Shown here in pieces: positions 26,951 through 35,196 of a DNA stretch of 56,988 nt. Both the position numbers and the translations under genes were made by a program. The DNA lies in IMG/VR virus record IMGVR_UViG_3300009012_000001, positions 1-56,988 of that record; one strand, written 5' to 3'. How positions within the stretch are numbered: position 1 is the first letter of the stretch; each line of letters begins with the position of its first letter. This DNA is from a virus (lineage: Duplodnaviria > Caudoviricetes). Below the pieces are notes generated by a model. That model ran no database searches. It saw nothing but the letters and a program-made list of their open reading frames with translations, and was not told where the DNA came from.

Positions 26951-27334
26951 GTGCCGTATCTGTTCACCGACACGCCCGACGGGCGTGCCACCGAATTCCT
27001 GAAGACGCGGATGGGGACGGACGCGTTCGACGCGCTCGTCGAGCGCGGCTACGTGGACGTCCCCATCCCGGACGACCAGTACCGTCTGGGCGGTCCGATG
27101 GGCGGCGTGCGCCTGGTGCAGCATGGGGCCATCCGCGTCACGGCTGGCGGCACCGTCAACATCGTGCATCAGGGGACCAACAACCTGTGCGTTTCGTTGT
27201 GCGTCTACGTCGTGCTGGGGACGCCGACGGATGAGAACTTCCTTCGGTCCATCCCGCTGGCCGACCGCGTGTTCACGTTCTGGTTCCTGGCGCGCGTCGA
27301 CCCCCAGGCCTTGCTTCGGGCGGCGAACGCATGA
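26951..27334 (+). CDS. Ubl-associated Cys protein, paralog 1
   Basis: RATEFL..RMG..GYVDVPIPD..LCVYVV..IPLADRVF..FLARVDP..LLRAAN. Confidence 0.7.
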   Translation: MPYLFTDTPDGRATEFLKTRMGTDAFDALVERGYVDVPIPDDQYRLGGPMGGVRLVQHGAIRVTAGGTVNIVHQGTNNLCVSLCVYVVLGTPTDENFLRSIPLADRVFTFWFLARVDPQALLRAANA

Positions 27335-27735
27335 CGGCCGATGAAGAAACGGCGGAAGCGCGGGCCGCCGCGTTTTTGGAGCGTCGGATGGGAGACGTTG
27401 CGTGGCGGGCGTTTCTCGCGTCCGGCCATGTCGACATCCCCCTCCCAGACGGCCGCTATGCCAGCGGCGGAGGATGCCCATGCCCGGTGTGTTCGCGCCC
27501 GCGTCGGTTGGTGAACGCGGCGCTGCGCGTCACTCATGGCGCGAAATTGACCGTCGTCATCCGCGACACCGGAGTTTGCCTCGGCGACTGTTGCGTCTAC
27601 GTCGTTGGGGAACGGGATAATGATGGCGACCGATGGCTTCCGGTAGGCGACAAGATTTACGCGCTATGGGCCATCGCGCGCGTGAATGCCAAAGTCCTGT
27701 TCCAAAAAGGCCGATGGACCTGGGCAGCACCATGA
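27331..27735 (+). CDS. Ubl-associated Cys protein, paralog 2 (extra CPCPVC insert)
   Basis: RAAAFL..RMG..GHVDIPLPD..GDCCVYVV..LPVGDKIYALWAIARVN. Confidence 0.7.
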   Translation: MTADEETAEARAAAFLERRMGDVAWRAFLASGHVDIPLPDGRYASGGGCPCPVCSRPRRLVNAALRVTHGAKLTVVIRDTGVCLGDCCVYVVGERDNDGDRWLPVGDKIYALWAIARVNAKVLFQKGRWTWAAP

Positions 27736-28346
27736 TGCCTACTATCCCGTGGCTCGCGGACCTGCGGGCCGAACGGTTCCTACGGAAACGGATGGGGACG
27801 GCCGCCTACGCCACGTTCCAACTGCGCGGCTTCGTGGACGTCCCCATCCCCGATGGCACCTACAAAACCTTCCTCGGCCAAACCGCGCTCGCGCGGGCGG
27901 CCGTCCGCGTGGCCGCGAACGCGAAGATGTCGGTCGTCAGTCAAGACGACGGCCGGCCCATCGGCGACTGCTGCGTCTACGCCGTCGACGACCGCGCGGA
28001 TTTTCTGACGGACGGCCGTTCGCGGCTCCCGGTGGCCGACCAAATCTACGCGCTGTGGTTCCTGGCGCGCGTCGACCCGCATCGGCTCTTGGCGAACGCC
28101 AACTACGCCGCGCGGGCGGCCGTCGCCCCCATGACGGTCAATCCCCAATGGGCGGTCACCGTCGCCCCCATGACGGTCACCGTCAGCACGGCGAACATCG
28201 TCAGCACGGCGAACATCATCAGCACGGCGAACATCGTCAGCACGGCGAACATCAACGATATCACCATCACCATCATCGCCGACGGGCGGCAGTGGCGCAT
28301 CAACAACGGCGCATGGCGCGTCATCGACACGGGCGGCGGGACGTGA
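27732..28346 (+). CDS. Ubl-associated Cys protein, paralog 3, with a repetitive C-terminal tail
   Basis: RAERFL..RMG..GFVDVPIPD..GDCCVYAV..LPVADQIYALWFLARVDP..LLANAN. Confidence 0.7.
   Translation: MMPTIPWLADLRAERFLRKRMGTAAYATFQLRGFVDVPIPDGTYKTFLGQTALARAAVRVAANAKMSVVSQDDGRPIGDCCVYAVDDRADFLTDGRSRLPVADQIYALWFLARVDPHRLLANANYAARAAVAPMTVNPQWAVTVAPMTVTVSTANIVSTANIISTANIVSTANINDITITIIADGRQWRINNGAWRVIDTGGGT
28182..28253 (+). repeat. Four tandem 18-bp coding repeats encoding (V/I)STANI
   Basis: RTCAGCACGGCGAACATC x4; a 21-bp direct repeat also lies at 28120-28140 and 28159-28179. Confidence 0.9.
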
Positions 28347-28446
28347 CCCATGCGGCTGTTCGAAATCCTCGTCGCGGCCGCGGTCCTGGTGAGCAGCCTG
28401 GTCTACATCGTCAACACGCTGGTCCAATGGAAGGAGCGGAAATCCC

Positions 28447-29340
28447 ATGTGGGCGATTCAACTGCTGATATTCCTGGCGGGGACGGCGGTGGCGGTGGCC
28501 ATCGGCCTCCGCGCCTACCGCGTTGAGCCGCGGCATCACATCAACCCGACCCTGCTGGTGCTGGCCGTCGTGGTCTGGGTCGGCGCGGTTTCGTTGGTGT
28601 CGGCGTTCGGGCAGGTGCCGGCGGGCTACCGCGGCGTCGTGTTGCGGTTCGGCGCGCCGACGGGGCAGGTGCTGGACCCCGGCCTATTCGCCATCATGCC
28701 CGCCGTGACGAGCGTGGCCATTATGAGCATCCAGACCGAGGCGTACGAAACGGACGCGGCGGCCGCCAGCAGCGACCTGCAGGACGTCCACACCAAGGTC
28801 ACGCTGAACTTCGCGCTCGACCCCGCGGCGGTCGTGACCGTCTACCAGAACCTGCGGCACGACTACATCGCGCGCATCGTCAAGCCGGCCATCCAGGAGG
28901 CCGTGAAGGCGGCCACGGCGGAATACACGGCGGAAGAACTCATTACCAAGCGGCCAGCCGTCCGCGACCGCATCGAGCGCATCCTGGAGCAGCGGCTGTC
29001 CAAGTTCGGCATCGCCGCACAGGCGCTGTCCATCACCGACTTCGAGTTCAGCAAATCCTTCAACGACGCCATCGAGGCCAAGGTGACCGCGCAGCAACGC
29101 GCGCTGGAGGCGCAGCGGACCCTGGAACGGGTGAAGTTCGAAGCCCAGCAGCGCATCGAGCAGGCCAAGGCCCAGGCCGAAGGGCTGCGCCTGCAGCAGG
29201 CCGTCGTCACCCCCGAACTCATCCAACTGCGCCGCGTCGAGGCGTTGCTGGCCGCCATCGAGAAATGGGACGGCAAGATGCCGACCGTCGTGACGGGGTC
29301 CGGACCCGTGCCGCTGCTGGATGTCTTCCGGCAGCCCTAA
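28447..29340 (+). CDS. SPFH/Band-7 (prohibitin-like) membrane protein
   Basis: Two TMs, VPAGYRGVVLRFG, SSDLQDV, QEAVKAATA..AEELITKR, FNDAIEAKV, IEKWDG..P. Confidence 0.92.
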   Translation: MWAIQLLIFLAGTAVAVAIGLRAYRVEPRHHINPTLLVLAVVVWVGAVSLVSAFGQVPAGYRGVVLRFGAPTGQVLDPGLFAIMPAVTSVAIMSIQTEAYETDAAAASSDLQDVHTKVTLNFALDPAAVVTVYQNLRHDYIARIVKPAIQEAVKAATAEYTAEELITKRPAVRDRIERILEQRLSKFGIAAQALSITDFEFSKSFNDAIEAKVTAQQRALEAQRTLERVKFEAQQRIEQAKAQAEGLRLQQAVVTPELIQLRRVEALLAAIEKWDGKMPTVVTGSGPVPLLDVFRQP

Positions 29341-29396
29341 ACCCAAAAACCTCAGAAAACCCGCCAAAACGCGGGGAATGTGATGGGTGGGACCCC

Positions 29397-29455
29397 TTGA
29401 CAGGGGGTTCTACCTATGCTATCTTTATACCAGAGAGGGAAGCACCCAGGGGAGG
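29397..29455 (+). promoter_or_regulatory. Promoter cassette with TTCTACC motif
   Basis: TTGACA-N17-TATCTT (TG extension); TTCTACC at the same offset; CCCAGGGGAGG. Confidence 0.8.
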
Positions 29456-29464
29456 GAACAGACG

Positions 29465-29683
29465 ATGGCAACCATACCCGAGTACCTGACCAGCACCCAC
29501 CCCGGCGACATCTGCCGGAACCAGCATTGCCAGGAAGCAGTGAAGCAGAACGCGGAAACGCACCGCTACTTCATCACGATGGGTCACGCGGGATTCAACA
29601 GCATCAGGAACAATGGAATCGGATACGCGACGTGGGACCGGGCGCACGCAGCCTTCAGGTTCTACCTCCAAGGTGGTCGATGA
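29465..29683 (+). CDS. Small phage protein
   Basis: Strong RBS; YFITMGHAGFNS..NN..GY. Confidence 0.65.
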   Translation: MATIPEYLTSTHPGDICRNQHCQEAVKQNAETHRYFITMGHAGFNSIRNNGIGYATWDRAHAAFRFYLQGGR

Positions 29684-29826
29684 TGGACCCAGACATCCAG
29701 AAGGGTATCCTCGCCGCCCTGGAACGCATCGCGGCCGCGCTCGAAGGGCTGGCCAACACGGTCAGCGAACCACGCGAGGGGTTCCCCAGCATCCGCGTCA
29801 CGGACTACCCGAAGACGCGGCCATAA
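29680..29826 (+). CDS. Small hypothetical protein
   Basis: ATGA coupling; ALERIAAALE. Confidence 0.5.
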   Translation: MMDPDIQKGILAALERIAAALEGLANTVSEPREGFPSIRVTDYPKTRP

Positions 29827-29853
29827 TGCCGACCGGCCTTCCGCAGGTGCGGT

Positions 29854-30162
29854 TCATCGCGGCGGCAACGGGGTCGGGGCGGGTGACGGCTTGAAGTCAA
29901 TCCATTCGTGGATGCCAGAACTGGCGAACCCCTGCGTCACCGCCGCGACGAGCGTCACCAGCGCCGCCCGCAGGTCCCCCGGCAACTGCTGAAACAAGGC
30001 TTCCCCCACGACGGCGCCCGCGAGGTTGAGCAGCATCGCGGTCGTGCGCGGGTTGCGCTTGACCCACGGGTTGACCTTCAGCCAGTTCACGATGGCCTGC
30101 ACCACAAACGGCTGGCCAATCAGCCACAGCGCGATGGCGTAGGGGACTTGGCCAGGGTCCAT
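29854..30162 (-). CDS. Holin-like membrane protein (paralog of 36999-37277)
   Basis: About 3 TMs next to the endolysin; GFASSGIHE. Confidence 0.65.
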   Translation of the reverse strand: MDPGQVPYAIALWLIGQPFVVQAIVNWLKVNPWVKRNPRTTAMLLNLAGAVVGEALFQQLPGDLRAALVTLVAAVTQGFASSGIHEWIDFKPSPAPTPLPPR

Positions 30163-30534
30163 CTAACTCACGACGTAGGCGTGCGGGTCAAACTCCACAT
30201 GCACGTGCGGTTGCGGGCTTGGCCAATAGAGGCTCTGCGGCAACGCGGGCGGTTTCGTCGGGGCTTCGTAGAGCACGTCGTAGCCTGGCAGCGCGGCGGC
30301 GATGGCGACGATGAGCGCGGGCAGGACGGCGGCGTCGACGTGAAACGTCTTGTAGTCGTGCGCCAGCCCCAGGTAGTGTTTGGAGCCGACCATGTGCGCG
30401 CCGTCGGTGCCAGACGTGATTTGGCAGTCGTAGCCGCGGGCGGCGAACAGGGCGGCCACGACGAGGTCGGCGAGGACCATGCGCGGGTCGAGCGCCTTCA
30501 ACTGGACGTCGGACTTCAACGTCACCAGAGTCAT
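30163..30534 (-). CDS. Peptidase M15-like endolysin
   Basis: ITSGTDGAH..SKHY.GLAHD..HVHVEFDP zinc motifs. Confidence 0.8.
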   Translation of the reverse strand: MTLVTLKSDVQLKALDPRMVLADLVVAALFAARGYDCQITSGTDGAHMVGSKHYLGLAHDYKTFHVDAAVLPALIVAIAAALPGYDVLYEAPTKPPALPQSLYWPSPQPHVHVEFDPHAYVVS

Positions 30535-30839
30535 GGCCGCCGCCGCGTGGTCCACCAGAACAGGCCCAGCAACCACCACGACCCCAGGGCCGCCAGCGCG
30601 CGGGCGCCCTGCGACGCCCATAGCAACCAGGGACTGATGACCGTCACATCAATGGCGCGAATGGCGGGATGCTGGACCAGGAGAATGGTGGCGACGCCGT
30701 CCATAATGGTCACGCCCGCGAGGCCGCGCAGGAAAATCTGCCATGGACCGAGCAGGCGGCCACGGTAGCCGATGAGGAACGCCGACATCGGCAGGATGCG
30801 CGCCACGGCCAAGGTCGCCGAAACTTCGAAGGCCGTCAT
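30531..30839 (-). CDS. Membrane protein of the lysis region
   Basis: Three hydrophobic segments; ATGA coupling. Confidence 0.6.
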   Translation of the reverse strand: MTAFEVSATLAVARILPMSAFLIGYRGRLLGPWQIFLRGLAGVTIMDGVATILLVQHPAIRAIDVTVISPWLLWASQGARALAALGSWWLLGLFWWTTRRRP

Positions 30840-31045
30840 TCGTCCCGAAGGGCCTTCCGCAGCCCGTCGGCCAAGGCGTTCTCGTCCAGTTTCTTTTCCA
30901 GGTCCTCGCGCGATTTCTTCGCGTCGTTGAGCGTCTGGATGACGTCATCAGGTAACGTCACGGGCACGGGTTCGTCCTCCTTCTTCCCTCGGCGTCTTAC
31001 CATCTGCATACTCCGCCCCTTCTGCGCGGCGGTATCATCCCCCAC
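30836..31045 (-). CDS. Small hypothetical protein
   Basis: In the operon; likely start near 31009. Confidence 0.5.
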   Translation of the reverse strand: MGDDTAAQKGRSMQMVRRRGKKEDEPVPVTLPDDVIQTLNDAKKSREDLEKKLDENALADGLRKALRDE

Positions 31046-31325
31046 CCGACGTTTCCCGCATCACGGTCCGGGCCACCTCGCGCATCTTGTCCGCCATGGT
31101 CGCGGCCTGCGCGTTGACCCGGATTTGCTCGGTTAGTTCTTTCTGCAGCGCGTCCACGGACGCGCGCAAGACGGCGATGTCCTGGTCTTTCTGCTTACTG
31201 ATGTAGCCGGGGACAATCCATCCCATCAGGAACGCGATGACGGCGGCGGCGAGCACGCCGGCCGCTCCGTAGCGGGTCAGCCAATCGAACAGTTGCGGTT
31301 CGGGGATTTGGAGCAGCCACGGCAT
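31035..31325 (-). CDS. Membrane protein with coiled-coil (holin-like)
   Basis: TM YGAAGVLAAAVIAFLMGWIVP followed by a coiled coil. Confidence 0.6.
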   Translation of the reverse strand: MPWLLQIPEPQLFDWLTRYGAAGVLAAAVIAFLMGWIVPGYISKQKDQDIAVLRASVDALQKELTEQIRVNAQAATMADKMREVARTVMRETSGGG

Positions 31326-31344
31326 CCATCCACCCCATGGCGAA

Positions 31345-31710
31345 TCAGTCGGCCATCCCGCCGTCACGCAGCAGCGCGATGAGCCGCGCCACGGCGTCGG
31401 TGAGGTCGTTGGTGCGGTTGACGATGCTGACCATCGCTTGGCCCAGCGGGGGCAGCAGGAAACTGTTGATGTAGGTGGGCATCAACGCGGCGCTGTCCGG
31501 GGCCGCCGGCGGCCGGGGCGGCAGGTCCAGTGGCGGCGGCTGCAGGGCCGGGACCGTCGCGGCGTGGGCGAGGCGCGCCCACAGCGCGGGGTTTGCTGAC
31601 CGCAGCATGCGCAGCGTCGGTGGCGTCGTGGACGTGTCCTGCCACAGGTCGCCCGGGCCGCGCATGAACCGCAGCGCGTCCGCCGAATCCGTGCCCGTGT
31701 AGCGAATCAT
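31345..31710 (-). CDS. Hypothetical virion-associated protein
   Basis: GDLWQDTS; C-terminal LIALLRDGGM. Confidence 0.55.
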   Translation of the reverse strand: MIRYTGTDSADALRFMRGPGDLWQDTSTTPPTLRMLRSANPALWARLAHAATVPALQPPPLDLPPRPPAAPDSAALMPTYINSFLLPPLGQAMVSIVNRTNDLTDAVARLIALLRDGGMAD

Positions 31711-31843
31711 ATCGTGCTGTTGACCGTGAAGGTCATGTCATAGACCGTCATGGTCGGGGTCAATCCATAGTTCCCGCTGGACATCATTTCCACCACGCCG
31801 GTCAACCAGCGCGTCGAATAATCACCCAAGCCAGCAGACCGAA

Positions 31844-32639
31844 TCACGATGATGAGACCTTGAACCGCGCGTACTCGAGCAGGATATCGCTTTGGGCGGC
31901 CCCGAGCACGCGGGACACGTGCGTCATCCCGAGCACGGCACGGCTGACGATATTTGTCGTCAGCGTTTGCTGCAACGACCCATTGAAATAATAGTCAATA
32001 CTGTTCGGCTTGGCGATCACCTTGAATTGATGGAATGTATTGACGGCCACGTTAATGTCAGACCCATCGGTACCCGTCCCTTCCTTTTTCTGTTGGGGTC
32101 GCAACTTCCCGCTGTTCACCATGGTCCAAGCGGCGAAATCCGAGAGCAATGTCGTCAGCAGTCCGCCCGCTTGCGCCAACCCGATGAGAATGCCCGCCGA
32201 ATTCGCGCGCCAGTTGGTGTCGAGGGTAGGGAAGAAGACCCACGCTTCGTAACTGATGCTGCCCCATTCCCCGACATGCGCCGTCTTTTTGGTGATGAGA
32301 TCAGCACTGTCGCCGCCATCGGCGATGAGGTCCACAATCCCTCGGCTCACGGGGGAAGTCCGAACTAAACTCGTCCCGACGATCCCAGCCCGCATCGTCC
32401 AATATGTGTCGATGTCGGCCAACGCGCCGCCGGTCACGTTCGCACTGGCCACGATGAACGTATTCGCGATATCCCGGTCGCCCGGCGTGTCGGGTAGGTT
32501 GCTAATATTCCCCGTATCCGCGTAGATGGTCCGCCACGTCAGCGCTGACGTCCCCAAATCATAGGTACTCGCCGCCTGCGGTTTGAGTGTCTGCGGGTCG
32601 AGCACACCCGCCACGCCATGGATGTGGTCGCGGATATTG
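31844..32639 (-). CDS. Tail fibre/receptor-binding protein, exon 2 (lectin-like C-terminus)
   Basis: The frame NIRDHIHGVAGV..TYDLGTSALTWRTIYAD continues exon 1 (QMNQVEV) after splicing. Confidence 0.75.
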
Positions 32640-32836
32640 CTGGAAAATCCTCGTTATCGCTAACGAGATTGGACTATATCTTACTGCGAGATTCCGCAGC
32701 CCCCGCATGTAGTCTCTGAGGGGTCCCGATGGACTTCCCTGCTGATTGGCCGCACCCGACGATTGTCACCGACTCCGGTACGTCGGGATACCCGGCTGTT
32801 CCAGCATATAGCGGGGTTACGAGGCCAACTTATCCG
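32640..32836 (-). ncRNA. ORF-less group I self-splicing intron (197 nt)
   Basis: P UAUAUGCUGGAA, Q AAUCAGCAGG, R UCAGAGACUACA, S AAGAUAUAGUCC; P1 CGAGGU/GCCUCG with a U-G pair at the splice site; P9 CUCGUUA-GCGA-UAACGAG; terminal G at 32640. Confidence 0.93.
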
Positions 32837-32908
32837 ACCTCGACCTGATTCATTTGGGCCGCCGTGAGCACTTGGCCCACGCTAGAAAGTCTGGAATGAA
32901 TACGCCAT
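32837..32908 (-). CDS. Tail fibre exon 1 (MAYSFQTF/SVGQVLTAAQMNQVEV), broken by one extra nucleotide
   Basis: ATG 32908 after GGAGG; TTC TAG at 32887-32882 needs a +1 shift to reach the spliced frame. Confidence 0.6.
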
Positions 32909-32914
32909 CCCAGG

Positions 32915-33451
32915 TCAACGCCTCCATCCCCACGCAAACTCCGCGGCGGTCTTGGCGTGTTTTCGAAGGTTGCACGACGAACAGGCGCAGCAGATGTTGT
33001 CTGGCCAATTCGTCCCGCCGCGGGCCAATGGAATCTTGTGGTCTACATGAAAACGCCCATGCAATTGCCGCCAACAATAGAAACACTGTGCGCGTTGTGT
33101 CGCGTAGATACGCGCGACATCGTGGATTCCGTACCAACCAATCGCCTGCGCCTTGCGGGCTCGCCGATAGCGACGACGCGCACGCAGGCGCGATTCAACA
33201 CGCAACCTCGTGGCATACCGCCTTCGGTAACGACGTTGACTTTCCAATCGGCGACGAGGATACCGCTGACGGTATCGTGCCGAAGCCATCCTATTCGCAG
33301 CGCGGATTTGTTCTGGATGTCGTGCCTTCAACAATCGCCATGCCTTGCGTCCACAGGCGCGGCATGATGGGCATAATCCGTCGTACCTCTGTCTGTCGCG
33401 GGAATATGCGACAAATGGTTTCCAACGGCGGCATTTCGTGCAACGTTTCAT
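32915..33451 (-). CDS. Free-standing HNH homing endonuclease with N-terminal zinc finger
   Basis: KRCTKC..CRAC; CFYC..HVDHKIPLARGGTN..N..ACSSCNLRK. Confidence 0.9.
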   Translation of the reverse strand: MKRCTKCRRWKPFVAYSRDRQRYDGLCPSCRACGRKAWRLLKARHPEQIRAANRMASARYRQRYPRRRLESQRRYRRRYATRLRVESRLRARRRYRRARKAQAIGWYGIHDVARIYATQRAQCFYCWRQLHGRFHVDHKIPLARGGTNWPDNICCACSSCNLRKHAKTAAEFAWGWRR

Positions 33452-33720
33452 TCGATGGCCACATATGTTCCTTCGACAAGGCGCGTGATTCTTCCGTCTG
33501 GTTCGATGCGGTATTCACCTGCCGCCGGGTCAAGATGGTGATTCCGCAGAATCTGTTCCCCATCGGCCCGCTCGATGTCCTCAGATTTCTCAATACGCTC
33601 TTCGGCCAATCGCACTAATCGTCGCCACTCCGCCGTCGCCACACCAATCATATAGGCATCGTGGTCGCGCCGCTTGCGCTGTTCAAGAATCTTGGCCAGT
33701 TCCTCATCCGTGATTCTCAA
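33448..33720 (-). CDS. Hypothetical protein
   Basis: Probable TTG start coupled to the upstream stop; GGGGAG RBS. Confidence 0.55.
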   Translation of the reverse strand: MRITDEELAKILEQRKRRDHDAYMIGVATAEWRRLVRLAEERIEKSEDIERADGEQILRNHHLDPAAGEYRIEPDGRITRLVEGTYVAIE

Positions 33721-35195
33721 AATGCCAGCTCTCTCCCCGAATCTAGTTTCCCGAGCGTGGCGTGGTCGAGCACCAGCCACGGCCCTGTTTCCTGCAGGTG
33801 CGCCGCGTAGGTCGTCGTGTGCTCCAGGCCACGCACCAGGGCGATGTCGTGCGCCAATCCCGTGACCACAAACCCCGTGCCCACCGCCGTGTTCGATTCC
33901 ACGAGGTAGACGAGGTCCCCCAACTCCCGCGCCAGGACGTCTGGGAAGACGTTCTTCAGCGCGAACGTCACGTCAGGAACCGGGTCCTTGCGCTGCAGCA
34001 CCAGGAAATCGGCGTAGTCCTGGGCGTGTTGGAACTTGCCGATGAAGTCGCTTTGCAGCGACAGGTTCCGGACGCCGTAGAGGGTTTGGCTACTGGCGGT
34101 CGCCGATTGTCGCAGGATGTCGGGCTGGCGCTGGATGCTGTAGCCGCGGACCTGGAATTTGTTGAGGTAGGTCTGGTCCGACGACCCATTGAAGACCGTC
34201 GCCACCGCCGTGGTGCCGAAAAACGTGACGCTGGCGGACGCCGTCGCCGTGCGGTCGAACGAGAACAACCCGAAAAACGGGTCGGTCGGCACCAAATACC
34301 CGCTAATCGTGCTCAGGATGTAATCCGCGCTCCGCGTCACCGACACGCTTTGCGCGGGCGTGTCGCGTTCCAACGAGTCCGGGTCGAGGTAGGTGAGCCA
34401 GAATCCCACGGATGACGACGCGGAGATTGTGGGAACCTCCTGCAGCCACGCCACCGTCTGCACGGACGAGGCGATGCGCCGCGGGGTCCCCTGGACCTTG
34501 ATGGCGTTGACGACTTGGTCGTCGGACAGGGTGTAGCCGAACCCGAAAAAGTCATTGACGTAACTGGCCACCGCCGAACTGCCCAGGTCCAGGTAGCGCG
34601 TGCGCAGGTTGACCCGACCGGCGCCGTCGACCCACAGGTGGGAATACCCGAACCGGGCGATGTCTTCCAGCGCGCGCACGGGCTCGTATTCGCGGAACCA
34701 CGCGAACGGGATGAGGTCCCACGGCGGCAACACATCCACGCTGCGGTCGGCCGCCGCCACCCCCGCCGCCGACAGCACGTCGGTGGCGAGGCTGCTGGGG
34801 GCGATGTCGACCGCGATGGACGTGTCGATGCGCCGGCGGGCGAGGTCCTTCACGCGGTCGGTGGCCTGCATCCGCGCCGTGCGCCGTGCCAATTCTGGGT
34901 CGGGCGCCCACGCGTCGACAAACCCAGCGAACAGTTGGTAGGTGGTGACGTTGTGGATGGCGAGGATGCGGACCCGCTTGTTCGGTTTCAGGTTCGGCGC
35001 GTACGGCGAGGCGGCGTTCTCCGGGCTGAACAACCCCGCGTTGTTGTCCAGGAGCAGGTCGCACCGCCCGGGGGACAGGGAGTCGAAGATGGTCGCGCGG
35101 TCGCGTGTGACGCCGACGCGCAGGCAATAGGACGACAGGTTCGTGTAACTCCCCGCGACGAATTCGACGCCGACTTCGTAGGTGGGCGTGGCCAC
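33717..35195 (-). CDS. Tail tip/baseplate hub-like minor tail protein
   Basis: Follows the tape measure; LDNNAGLFSPEN..SPY, LFAGFVD, ELGDLV, LVLDHATLGKLD. Confidence 0.8.
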   Translation of the reverse strand: MATPTYEVGVEFVAGSYTNLSSYCLRVGVTRDRATIFDSLSPGRCDLLLDNNAGLFSPENAASPYAPNLKPNKRVRILAIHNVTTYQLFAGFVDAWAPDPELARRTARMQATDRVKDLARRRIDTSIAVDIAPSSLATDVLSAAGVAAADRSVDVLPPWDLIPFAWFREYEPVRALEDIARFGYSHLWVDGAGRVNLRTRYLDLGSSAVASYVNDFFGFGYTLSDDQVVNAIKVQGTPRRIASSVQTVAWLQEVPTISASSSVGFWLTYLDPDSLERDTPAQSVSVTRSADYILSTISGYLVPTDPFFGLFSFDRTATASASVTFFGTTAVATVFNGSSDQTYLNKFQVRGYSIQRQPDILRQSATASSQTLYGVRNLSLQSDFIGKFQHAQDYADFLVLQRKDPVPDVTFALKNVFPDVLARELGDLVYLVESNTAVGTGFVVTGLAHDIALVRGLEHTTTYAAHLQETGPWLVLDHATLGKLDSGRELAF

Positions 35196-35196
35196 G

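Noticed and set aside
28182-28253. CRISPR-like array
   Set aside because: Tandem 18-bp coding repeats with no spacers, and no cas genes
32882-32884. Stop-codon reassignment
   Set aside because: TAG ends many genes normally, and read-through here would not restore the frame
32915-33451. HNH encoded inside the intron
   Set aside because: P1 pairing places the 5' splice site at 32837/32836, so the HNH lies outside the intron, upstream of exon 1
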